A DNA stretch of 53,356 bases, counting the filler, from Sluysia triapertura (lineage: Eukaryota): assembly GCA_046118255.1 (NCBI GenBank). It is 3 parts of 3 records of this genome, joined end to end, with 100 filler letters (N's around TTAATTAATTAA, not from the genome) between each part and the next. Parts side by side here need not be neighbours in the genome. Positions count along the whole stretch, not along the records: positions 1 to 27,421 come from JBJNIA010033265.1; 2 more parts are not named here. The stretch is one strand, 5' to 3'. The position numbers and the translations under genes were made by a program. Shown piece by piece: positions 1-11,297 of this stretch. Under the pieces are notes generated by a model. The model worked only from the letters and a program-made list of their open reading frames with translations, had not been told where the DNA came from and made no database searches. Each line of letters starts with the position of its first letter. The stretch's first letter is position 1.

Positions 1-659
1 CATCACTTTCTTTGTGCATGTCTATTACGAGACATCATCTGGAATCATACGTTTCTATTTAGAAAATGAAACATTTTATTCGGTTAATCCAATGAAGTAA
101 CGAAATAATTAATCCATTGGTGATAATGATAAGTTTAAATGATAATGATGATGATGGTGCAGATGATGACAATGATAGTTGATAAAATGATTAATTATAA
201 AATTATGATTAATATTTATTATTATTATTATCATTATTATTATTATAAATATATAATTATTAAAATTAAAATAAAGCTAAAGAATCTTAGTAACATTTTA
301 TCTCAGAAAATTGAGTCATGTTAAAGATGATTTCGTATTGCGCGTCTTTAATAAACTTGATAATGCTATATATAATGATAAAGATGTATAAAATGTGATT
401 TGTTCTGTATTGAAAATGATCATTTGCATAATCTGGTTTAATACGAACATCATAATTGGAATGTCTTGAAACCAAAATGCTTTTATGAGTAAGGCTGTGA
501 GTTGCATAAAGATGGTAGCGCCATAACCAATATGGTGCTGAACAAGTTGTCAGAATGTAATACAGGATTTCTAAGAAAAGTTAGTAAAACATAGAAAGGG
601 TAATTGCTGCAAATCAATATATAGTAAATTCAAACTACGACATAAGTTATGTTACTTAA

Positions 660-1400
660 TAGAAGTTACTTAAGTGGTTTTTCTAACACTTAACATACAG
701 CAAAATATTTCTTGACACGGTCCAGTATTTCTGCAACTTGATAAGTTAATAACTACTCTAATTCTAATCTTACAGCTTTAAAACTACTAACCACATTTAA
801 TACTCAAGGATCTTTGTACAATGATACTTTACAAATACTATTTTAACACGATGATGAATGGAACAAAAACTCAAACACTTTATTATTTAAAAATTTAATA
901 ATTTACAAAAATTGTAACAGATATAATGAGAAAACAGACAGAATAAAATTATTTATAAATATTAAAGTTAAAACCTTTTTAGTGTTTAATTAACTGTATT
1001 TTGCACCTCAATATATCGGAGAAACCTATTGTTTTCTTTTAAGATTTAAATTTAAGCGTATTTTTAGATACACTAAATAACTTACAGTTAACATGGATTT
1101 GATAATGCTTTTCCCCAAATCGATTGCGAATAAACTCCTTGTAAATCGAATAAAACAGCTAGCTAAAATTTCCAAATAATAGATTTTGAAATGGCGATTT
1201 TCACTAAACTGATACTAGTTTATATACTAGTCATTGACCAATGAGAATCGATGAAATAGAATATTCTAGAAATTTCATTTTCTTTTTTCGAAAATAATTA
1301 TTTTTAAAGTGATTTAAAAGATTTATAAATAATTTTAAAGCACTTTATATGATTCGAGAGTGTTTTGATGACAACCTAACAATAATAATAATAATGATAA
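660..1400 (-). repeat. Dispersed family A, copy A1 (promoter-like head plus decayed coding segments)
   Basis: The reverse complement of 1190-1400 aligns with 22965-23305. 994-1026 (rc ggtttctccgatatattgaggtgcaaaatacag) aligns with 23575-23605 and 29803-29835. 674-728 aligns with 14895-14952. Confidence 0.8.
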
Positions 1401-1442
1401 TACTATTGTAAATAAAATAAAATTAAAATAAATAGAAAATAA

Positions 1443-1581
1443 ATTCATTTCAAATTTAGCTTAATCTTCATTTCCAATATAAATTAATTCCTATATAATA
1501 TTCATTTCAAATTTAGCTTAATCTTCGTTTCCAATTTAAATTAATTCCTATATAATATTCATTTCAAATTTAGCTTAATCT
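1443..1581. repeat. Tandem repeat, 57-bp unit x ~2.4
   Basis: attcatttcaaatttagcttaatct restarts at 1443, 1500 and 1557. Confidence 0.95.
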
Positions 1582-1886
1582 GCATTAAATTAACTCTTAT
1601 ATAAAATTTAAATTAATCATTTTACATGTAAAATTTAATAACATAATAATAAACAAATAAGTGAATGAAATAGTAGTAATTAAAATTAACAAGGAAAAGT
1701 GATAACATATACACCATCAAATAATAACAGAATATAGTGTATATGAAATCAGACTATAGAATAAATGAAATAATATTTAAAAAGTAATTACACTATATAT
1801 TACTGTATTACAAAAAATTGAAAAATGTCATCATTATGGAAAGAATCAAGTATAAATAGACGGGTTTTATCAACACATTTCACAAG

Positions 1887-1933
1887 GTATCGATTTGGTT
1901 TCAAGTATTTAATTTGGTATCGATTTGGTTTCC
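1887..1933. repeat. Short direct repeat (ggtatcgatttggtttc x2, 30-bp period)
   Basis: Read directly from the sequence. Confidence 0.85.
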
Positions 1934-2649
1934 ATTACTGTTCGAGTTCAAGGTATTTATTGTATCCAGTTCGAGGTATTTGACATTTTACAATTTAAAA
2001 TACATTAGTATCTGATTTTAATTGTGAGTGAATTTTTAGAATAACATTTAAAATACTTCAAGTATTAAATTTGAATTTAATCTTAAAGAAGTTCTGTAAG
2101 CACCCTAAATACGTGTGGTACATTTTATATTGTGAATATTATTATCCGAACTATTTTTGTAGACTTAGTATTTGTTACTTACATTTGATAAATAAACCTT
2201 TAGCGAGTTTAGTTCGTATTATTTGATTTTAAGAAGAAAAGCTTGAATTTTCACATTTAGAATCTAGGCAACCACATTTTTGCACTTCCATCGTTCCATC
2301 TACGATGAGTGAACGAGCGATCCCAGATAAGTATAAATAAATATAAAAGCAAGAGCAAAGACAAAAAGTATCTGAAACATTTTAAGTTAAAAGTATTCAA
2401 AACAGTTAAGTTAATATTTTAAAGTTATTAGTGTTACATATTTTTTTAATAACAGTTTTATTATATAATTAATTTATCGATGTAATTTATTCTGGATTTT
2501 GTTCTTTCTAAAAAAAATTGGATTTTTCAATGTAAGTAATTTCTAATTGTTTATTTAATAATTTTAATATAAAGTTTATAAAATTTTGAAAGTTAATAAG
2601 TTAATTTTTATATAAAAATCTTTAAAAAATAAAGTTAATTGTTTTAATA

Positions 2650-3270
2650 TATTAATAAAATAATTTTGTTTTAGTCTGGCCAAGGTCATTTATCATTAAA
2701 ATTTATCATTAAAATTTCATGATATAGGAATTATAATAAATAATTCCGCGTAATATATTTCATTATTACCCAAATTTGTGTAATTTATTATATCATTATG
2801 TCTTTAATTCAGAAAGATTTCCCTTGTTAGATTTTAATTCTAACCTCGTAAACTATTTATTAAAGATCGTTTTTTACAGGATCCACGTAAACTATCAATG
2901 TAACATTATCTGGTTTATAAATAACAAAATTTGAATATTTAAATACCTCCAGAAAATTTCACTGAATAAAATAATTAAAATAAGAAGACCTTGTAGTAAG
3001 AATCTTTTAAGAAATCACTTCAGTTTTTAAAAAATATTTTATCTACAAATCAAACGGCTGGCTCTAACTGGTAAGCTCAGTACGCTGGTGTACTCACGTT
3101 AAAACTTTTGCTTTATTCTATCGTGTCTTTACTTTAAATTTCCACATTTATTTTGAGTATATTATTATTATTTTGAGTATTATTCATGTTCATAATGTAA
3201 ATATTGTAATTAAATTTGTGTATATATAATAAATCAAAGGATATTTATGCCACTTTTTAAATCAAAAGTT
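2650..3270 (+). repeat. Dispersed family B, copy B1 (decayed coding sequence)
   Basis: 3046-3100 (QIKRLALTGKLSTLVYS) matches rc 52205-52265 (QIQRLALAGKPSTLVNS). 2828-2895 matches rc 52390-52460. Confidence 0.75.
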
Positions 3271-5694
3271 AATACAAGTAACGTTCCTTAAGATCATTCG
3301 ATATTACTCATTATATTTAAATCATAAATATAAATTAGTAATAATTGTGTTACTTTTTTGTTAATTAATATAAAAGTAAAATTTCAGATAAAAGTAATGT
3401 TAAGTTATATTTCTACAGACAAAAGTCACGTTACTATGATTTAAAGTGTCAAGAATTTTAGGAACATATAAATTTCTATCTTTATTATTAGTAACAAATC
3501 AATTACATTAATATTTTAAACTTAGATTTGTTTAATTTAAAGCGTTATTACTAGTTGTTTCCTATAATTATATTAAGGGATAGGTGATACACCTCCTGTA
3601 GTTCAAAAATTGTCAACAAGTTACGTTGAAAAATTACGAAGTTTCTTAAAAGCAATACGAATGGTAGCCTATGTGTTTTTGAGTACTTTTTACACTATAT
3701 ATTAGTGTTACATATGCATATATATAATATATTATTAAGATTACTGAATTTATAGAAATAACTAAAGGAAAAATTTGAGATAAATTATTTTTATAAATAT
3801 TTTCTTGTTTTAATATTTCGAATGCCAAAATATTTAAATAGAAGACGTGTATCACCTTTGTTGAAATTTGCGACATCTGTATTTTACAATAAAAACAAAT
3901 TAATGATAATTAGGTTAACCGCAGGAACTTTTGTGTTGTGTATATGTGGGTCATTAACTTTATGGAAACATGAAGTTAAAAAGGATGCTTAAAAATTCGA
4001 TTCTTAATTAGTTTAATAAATTATGATTTCGTTTGATCTGGATTTATGAACTATAAGTTGTTATTTTTTTAATGGTTACTTTAAAGGATTTTTAGTGCAT
4101 ACAATGTATTCCTGTTAAAAATTTGAACTATTAATTTATTTAAGTATTAATGTAATTTCGTGATCTGAATTTTTGGTAATTTATTGCATTTAGAAAAAAA
4201 TAAGTTGTTATTTTAGTCATTACTTAAGTATGAATAAAATTTAGGTAAAGTGAGTTTATTTGAAGGTATTGCTATTTAATAGATGACTAACTGTGTATCA
4301 GATTATAATTTAATAATTAACAATTCTGTGTTAATTAATTGTGATGTACCGCATTTCTGCAAATACAAAATCTCATTTCTCATAATGATTTTAATGATAG
4401 TAAGTAATAGTTTATTATAGTTTATCCTGTGCTATTTAAATTTCGTAGGCCTTTATTTATAACACTAATGAAAACAATATAGTAATCATCCAGTTGTTTC
4501 CTTATGCGGAGTGTAATTTTATTGGTAAATATGTAATAATGTCATTTGTAAGAATCCCTTAATCCGTTGAATACCATGAGCACATTTATGCTGCTGGAGA
4601 TCGTTGATATGTGATGGTGTATTGTGATATGTAATCTTTAGACCTTAGGTAAAATTATTTGGTTTTACAAAGCACTTCTGCACCAAATTGGTTAAAATAT
4701 ATAATCGTGTCAATGAATGTCTTGTAAAATCTTTAAAGGTTTGCTTTACCTAGTAGCTCGAGTTTAACTAAATTTATTATCATTTTAAAATTTTGACAGT
4801 TGTGAATGTTATAAAGTAAGTAAATATCCATCTAAATTATTTTTTTTAGTTAAAATCAGGTTATCGATTAGTCATACCTCGGAGATGAATGCTTTTACTT
4901 GATTGCTTTGGTGAGATGAAGGATAAAAATTATCTTGAAAATAATGATTACAGCTTTTATATTCATTCCACACTAAACTAATTAAAGATTACAAAAATGA
5001 AAATTTTGTATGTATATTCTGCAATCTACAAAATGGAAGTGAAAGGTTCGCCTATAAAAGTGTCTTATGTCCTAATGGAAAGCAACCCTATAAGAACTTA
5101 GAACTTGTATTGTTTGAAGTACTATTCAGTTTTATGTGATTTCTAATCGAATATTAATCATATATTGATAAAACAGAATTAATCAAGTATTGTTAGTCGT
5201 ATATCAAATTTTATCAAGAAAATGTTCCATATATAACATTATTAAATAGAGCTTAAAAATCAAATATACATTATCTTGAATCTTATGATTTATTCAATTA
5301 AACTATTATATCTTCGAAATTCAAATTAATAAAACAAAAATAATTTAATAATCACGAAATCAAATACAATATCTTATGAGTTTAGACAATAATAATAACA
5401 ATGAATTAACTACGAATAACTAAATTAAAAAAACGTCACAAAAATTATATATTAATATCAATGTAATTATTTGATCAAAAAACCAGGAGTAGTGCAACAA
5501 TAATATACTAAATCTTAAATATATTATCTGCTTTATGTTGCTATTACAAATCGAAATATATTGCAAATCTTAAACAATTATTGGAAATCCAAAAGAATAA
5601 TAAATATGTTAACACTATGATTTCGAGTAATCCCCAATTATGTAAATATTATATTTTTAAATAATGATGGGCGCTTTCAAAAAATATACTAATA

Positions 5695-7031
5695 CAGTGA
5701 ACACTCTACATAAGCAACTTAATTTTTGAATATAGATTGTTGGCTTAGGTTTATACTTTTTAGGAAAAAAACTCATGACAATGGCTAATAAATTTAAAAA
5801 TAGAATAATTGTTTGAATATTTATGTGTTTTATGCTGCCATATTAAGAAAATATATCTGAAATTTGTTGGCTTATTAATAAATAAATAGTTATGTTTGAC
5901 TTTCTCTTAAAAATGAACCAGAAAGAAGAAAGGCGCCCTATTTCACTGAAGGATAAACTATCAATTTTGAAGGAAATTGAAAATGGTAAAAGAGCTAAAG
6001 AAATTTGTACTGAATATAAATTCACCAAGTCTACGATTAGCAGGCTAAAGGAAAATAAGGAAATTCTAGAAAAATGTGCATCCGAAACCTATGTGGATCA
6101 GGATAAAATAAAGTATAGAGAAATCGACAATGCGGTATATTCCGGTTAAAGCTTCACTCTTAGTAGATAACGCAACCTGCCATGGGTCTGAGGATAACTT
6201 TAATGGTGACCTCCAAACAATACGCCACCAAACAATCCCTAAAACAACGCTATCGAAAGCATGTATTGCAGCTTTAGGAGCAGAAAGTGGAATAGTTTCT
6301 GCACTTAAAAATATAGATTTAAAAGATATTGTTTATTTCGTTGTGCAAGCTTGGAATGAAATTCCTGTATCAGTTATACGGAATTCATTTAAACATCTTT
6401 TTCCGTCGGAGGATAAAATTCAAAACAATATCAATTCTGTTCACTTTTCTGAAGAAGATGATATTCACTTACCAAAATTGTATAATTCAATATTTAATGA
6501 TTATAACTTGGCGGATAATGAAATTATGGATTGGGCAAGTGGAGCGAGCGAGGCATATCATTTATCTGACCTTGAAGAAAATATAGAGCTAGAAAATGAA
6601 ATAATTCCTGCTGAACAGGGGGCGAAAATCTCGGGAGACAATATCAAATACATTGATGATGTTATAAATTCTTTTAATTTGGTGGTTGAATGGGCAAAAG
6701 AAAATGATTTACCTTGTAATGAGATTTTGTTGCTGCAAAGAATGAGAGAAAAGGCTATTATGAAAAAATATATTTAACTGCTTGTTTTGTTTAGGCAATT
6801 GGTATTGCTTTTAATTAAATATTTATTTAAATTTGATTCTTAATTCTGTAAAATCTGAACTAATATCTAGTTTTATAAAATAAAAAATTGTTTCATTTGT
6901 AAAATAACTAAAAATATTTATTCTAATTAGATGAAGTATACAAATGAATAGCTAAAAATATTTTCTCGGGGTGTATATTTTTATACTACTTTTTTCCCTA
7001 TAAGAAACTTTTTTTAAAAATTGGTTCACTG
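5695..7031 (+). mobile_element. Internally deleted pogo/Tigger-family (Tc1/mariner superfamily) DNA transposon
   Basis: Left end TA|CAGTGAAC (5693-5702) and right end GTTCACTG|TA (7024-7033) form an 8-bp TIR core with a TA duplication. Transposase remnants lie between them. Confidence 0.75.
5913..6777 (+). pseudogene. Tigger/CENP-B-like transposase remnant (HTH-psq plus partial DDE_1 and C-terminal region), frameshifted
   Basis: N-terminal HTH-psq motif RRPISLKDKLSILKEIENGKRAKEICTEYKFTKSTISRL. In a second frame, LLVDNATCH (second catalytic Asp motif) and IDLKDIVYFVVQAWNEIPVSVIRNSFK. The NxDETG and QPxDQG motifs are missing. Confidence 0.88.
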
Positions 7032-7316
7032 TATATACATACGTACGGAAAGGAAACAATAAGTACAAGTAATTGTAATAACGATAACAGTTATCATAAT
7101 AACGATTACACAAATCACAACAATTGTAATCATTATTATTGTGATTATAATCGTTATTATAGTAATTATTATTATGATAATAATTGTCAGGATCACAGAA
7201 ATGTGGAATCTGAAAAAATAATAAATAAATAACCTGAAAATTTGACATATGGCTATGTCAGGGTTTTGGGATTATTAAATAATAAATGCTAATATTTTAA
7301 CTTTTGTCTTTTTATT

Positions 7317-7508
7317 GTGAATCCCTACGACATTGGCCAACTCGTAGGTGCCAGTGAAAAGATAAAATGCAATATTTGCAATACGGTTGGAGGTCAAAGA
7401 TTGATATCTTTTGCTCTAAGATTAAAATCCGCTATTATAGAGAGGTTAAATTTATGTAAATTTATATACGATCCGTTTTATAAGGATCTTAATTTTAAAA
7501 TATTTTAG
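7317..7508 (+). repeat. Dispersed family C, copy C1 (YDxG...GGQR motif)
   Basis: The peptide YDIG...GGQRLISF...NLCKFIYD resembles the minus-strand translations at 37770-37975 and 19090-19262. Confidence 0.5.
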
Positions 7509-9853
7509 ATAATCATCAATGATAATTCTTTTTATTATTATTGTCAAATGTTTTTAAGCTACAAAATTTATTTATTTTTGTAAAGCCGACAAGGAATGAG
7601 CAGAAATCTCAAACAAAAGAAAACTTCTCATACAAAATGGTTAATTTTAATTATGTATTTCTTTTTACAAAAACAGACTACAATAATCTATAATTTTAAT
7701 AGGGCACACGATTTTAATCGATTAACTATGGTAATATAATGTCAATATAATAAAAAAAAAGCTAATGCAAAATTAAATATACAATTTTAATAATAAATAA
7801 CGTTTATATAATCTGAAAATCAATATTTTAACTAAATTATCCTTCGGATAATTCTTTAATTTTCAAAATATATTGATACGTTAGATATGCAATTAAATTA
7901 AAGGATTATTGAGAATGGCAAAGAAACTTTTAGTGCATTTTATCTTTAAAATTAATTCTTAAATAAACAATAAACTAACGAATATATTGTAAAGCAAACA
8001 AATTTTCAATAGTGATTAATAAATAATTTCCAACCACGTAGAACTTAAAATCGATCAAAAGTTTATTAATGTCAAACAATATAGTGATAATGATTGCAAA
8101 TGAATAAAATTTTTAAATAGTTTACAATAGAGTAACCACATGAAAGTGTGTTTTCAAAATTTATGCTCTAGTTATTTATATCACGTTAAACTATGAGGTC
8201 AATGACTTCATTGATGAAGTTTGATAAATCATAAATTATAACATTAAATGATAAAATATTTATAATAATATAATTTTAATTAATATTTTAAAATAATTTT
8301 AGTAATAATATTATAAAAATAATGACAACTATTTATATTAGTTTTATTAAATTTTACATAAATACAAATTTTTACGTATTACACATTTTTATATTATTAT
8401 ATATTACACATTATCTAAAAAATAAAAATGAAAATTATCAAATAAATTACCAAGAGAATTGTTCCATATTTTTATTATCTAAATAAATATTATAATTAAT
8501 TACTTACGACGACTCGAAACAACTATATATACGAATAAAAATTACAACTCTTAGTTATACTATATTATATCGTGATATTAGTTGGCATAAATATTATTAT
8601 TAATATTATTACCATTGTTCCAGTAAAGACAACAATTTCAGTTAATGTATTACCTAATTGTCAGAAGACAGTGAATTTTGTCTGATGTTATTGATTGTCG
8701 TTCCGACTAAAACAATATTCTAATTTATACAATTGAATTTTATCATTATTTCGAGTATCCGTAAGTTAATTGTTTTTTTCTTTCTATTAAGAAAGATAAT
8801 TTATCACTTAAACTTTTGAAATGAACGTTTAGTTTTACGATAAGCATAATTTAATTTTTAATAAAATTTAGAGATTCTAGAGATAATTCTAGACAATTTT
8901 ATTTGTTATATTTTATTAATTATTGTGTTTAGTTGTTTTTTATACAGTTAAGTTTGAGCTTGAAGAAATAATTATTAGTGATAAAAGATATAAAAGAAAT
9001 TATAATTATTAAGTTAAAAAGAACATTTTACTCAAGTTAATTAAAGAAATATTAAAGTCTTTTAATAATTAGGATTGTAATTGAAGATAATAAGACAAAT
9101 TAATTGTTAATTTAAAAGAAAGTTAATTAAATGTTAGATCTTGACATCATTGATAATAAGTAATTAAAAATTTGAAAAAACAATTCCATACATAGCTTAT
9201 AGAAAGATTAATTGACTGGTCTGTAAAAGTAAATAATTAGTTGAATTCGGAAAAAGGTTACGTTTTCTTTTGAGTTAAAGAAAATTAAATAAAACTTACT
9301 GATGCAATGCAAAAACAAGTATATTGTATTTGTGGTACTTGCAAAGTAATTAAAACTTGAGTTAGATTAATAGGTTAATTATTAATAGACCCTTAGAAAT
9401 CTCGTAAGAATCGAAATTATAATTCCTAGAAAAAGAAATATTACTGTAAGAAACAAGGCTGTTTATTAAGTTACGAATAATTACAATTAGAAAGGTATAA
9501 CACTAACATTTTAAAGAGAATAATCTCGAACCTATAAATGCTGTTACCTACGAATACGTCACCTTAGGTTTAAACCGTATATCGTAGGCTGGCCTTGATT
9601 ATTATTTACAATTTGCCAAATAAAAGAAAAATACTATCATAATTATGAAATAATTGCAAAGTTAGTAATTATAAAATAATTACAATTGTATTTATGTTTT
9701 GTATGAACTGAGAAATCTGTCTAGTCATTTATTTGTGGTGAAATCTGTACATTCTACCAATAGACATTACATGAATATCGGCTACGTTGCAAAAACTTTA
9801 TCAACCTTTTTTATTAAATATACATGTGAAAAAAGATAAATCAAAAAATTTCT

Positions 9854-10170
9854 CTGAAATAATTGATGCTCATTTTATTTAATTTCTTCTTTACCATTCT
9901 TCAGCACCGAATGTTTTGTGGGTCAAACAATAACATTTTGGAACCCATTTCTTTTTAAGGACATTTATGATTTTCTGCTTATTGGCTATTTCAAGTTCTT
10001 TGTAAATTCCCAGCTCTTTTCCAAACGTGCATCTTCAGTCAAGAAAAATGTTTCAATTTTTGGCCAAAGGCCATATCAGGGTAAAATTAGTAACTTCCTA
10101 CGCACATTTATAATAAAATTTAATTTTCTTACTAGCATCGCAATTATTTTGGTACAAGTTTGTCTAAATT
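9854..10170 (-). pseudogene. Probable decayed multi-exon gene of unknown family
   Basis: Two micro-intron-like GT..AG segments, 10098-10132 (35 bp) and 9854-9894 (41 bp), flank a GC-richer 203-bp block. The block is interrupted in all three frames; the longest open part reads RCTFGKELGIYKELEIANKQKIINVLKKKWVPKCYCLTHKTFGAEE. Confidence 0.35.
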
Positions 10171-10523
10171 TCCCAAATTTACATTACATTAATTATAATA
10201 TAAATTATTAACACGGTTATCGCAATTTTAAATCGCTTAAGAACGAAACCGCGCTACGGAGAGATAACAACTTATGAATAACTAGTATACTTGTTAACCC
10301 TAACAGATCCATATTTGTTTCGATATATCTAACTATAATTTCTGCATTCCTAACAATATATTCATTAAATAAAAAATTTAAAAAAGACAAAAAATGAGAA
10401 CCAATATGATTTAAGAAAATTCAGAACTATTTGGAGGGTCACAAAAAATATTTTAAGATAATACAACACATTTTATAAAATATATAAATTCATAATTTAA
10501 TTTATATTATATCGCAAAACATT

Positions 10524-11297
10524 TTAAAAATCCAAGTCATCGTCTTTATCAGGATCATCATCATCTTCATCATCAAACTCATCAGGACAGTAATTAATTA
10601 TACTACCACCTAATTCTTGCATTTTCTCTGTTTCTGATTTTATGTATGGTAAATGTATATTGTCTTTATCTGATTTTTCAGAATGAGTTAATTGTAAATT
10701 AAACGTTGATACAGGTTGAACAGAAAATTTAATATCTTCTTGACATTTTTCATTTGTATTCTTTTGAATTGATAATATTTCACAGTTTAAATCCATTATT
10801 ATTTCGACTGGCAGAGGTTCAAGTACTTTCATTTCTTTGTCATGATAAATAAAATTATATTTTATTTTATCGCTTAAAGTAGTAACTCCCACTGGAACAA
10901 TCCATTGTCCACTTAAAAATCGTAAGGAATCGCACTGAGAACTGCTCATACAATCTTCATTGCATAGTATAAATAAGGATTCTGCAATTTTATTTCGACA
11001 TATATAACATATTTCTCGAAAAATTACATCAAAACCAAATTTCATAATTAATTCACTGAAGCTTGTAATAAAAATGTTACATTTTGGAGAATTTCGTGAA
11101 GGAAAAACATCCTTTATATTTGAATAAGAAAGAGCATCTTTATTGATTTCTAAAAATAAACTTGTACTACCGTTCTTGTACCGATTTAATAATCCTGAAT
11201 AAAAAAAGTGAACTGATAAATCCCATTTATTAAAAATTGCGAATACGGTGGATTTTTTGGAAAATAAAAGTAATTCTAAATTGTCAATTTCTTTCAT
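10524..11297 (-). CDS. ELP5: Elongator complex protein 5 (Iki1/ELP5), single exon, 257 aa
   Basis: Intact ORF ending in the ELP5 signature STFNLQLTHSEKSDKDNIHLPY...IINYCPDEFDDEDDDDPDKDDDLDF (family pattern TFNL.L...E......LP...I.Y.PD..DD.D.EDPDDDL). Confidence 0.88.
   Translation of the reverse strand: MKEIDNLELLLFSKKSTVFAIFNKWDLSVHFFYSGLLNRYKNGSTSLFLEINKDALSYSNIKDVFPSRNSPKCNIFITSFSELIMKFGFDVIFREICYICRNKIAESLFILCNEDCMSSSQCDSLRFLSGQWIVPVGVTTLSDKIKYNFIYHDKEMKVLEPLPVEIIMDLNCEILSIQKNTNEKCQEDIKFSVQPVSTFNLQLTHSEKSDKDNIHLPYIKSETEKMQELGGSIINYCPDEFDDEDDDDPDKDDDLDF

Noticed and set aside
139-324. Met/Tyr-rich ORF, and similar ORFs at 6952-7248, 26732-27053, 37362-37547 and 50763-51038
   Set aside because: Translations of low-complexity ATG/TAT/AAT tracts or antisense shadows, with no family motifs.
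10211-10330. Telomerase-RNA-like template TAACCCTAAC with nearby short stems
   Set aside because: A single 10-mer; no pseudoknot or CR4/5 and H/ACA domain could be identified.
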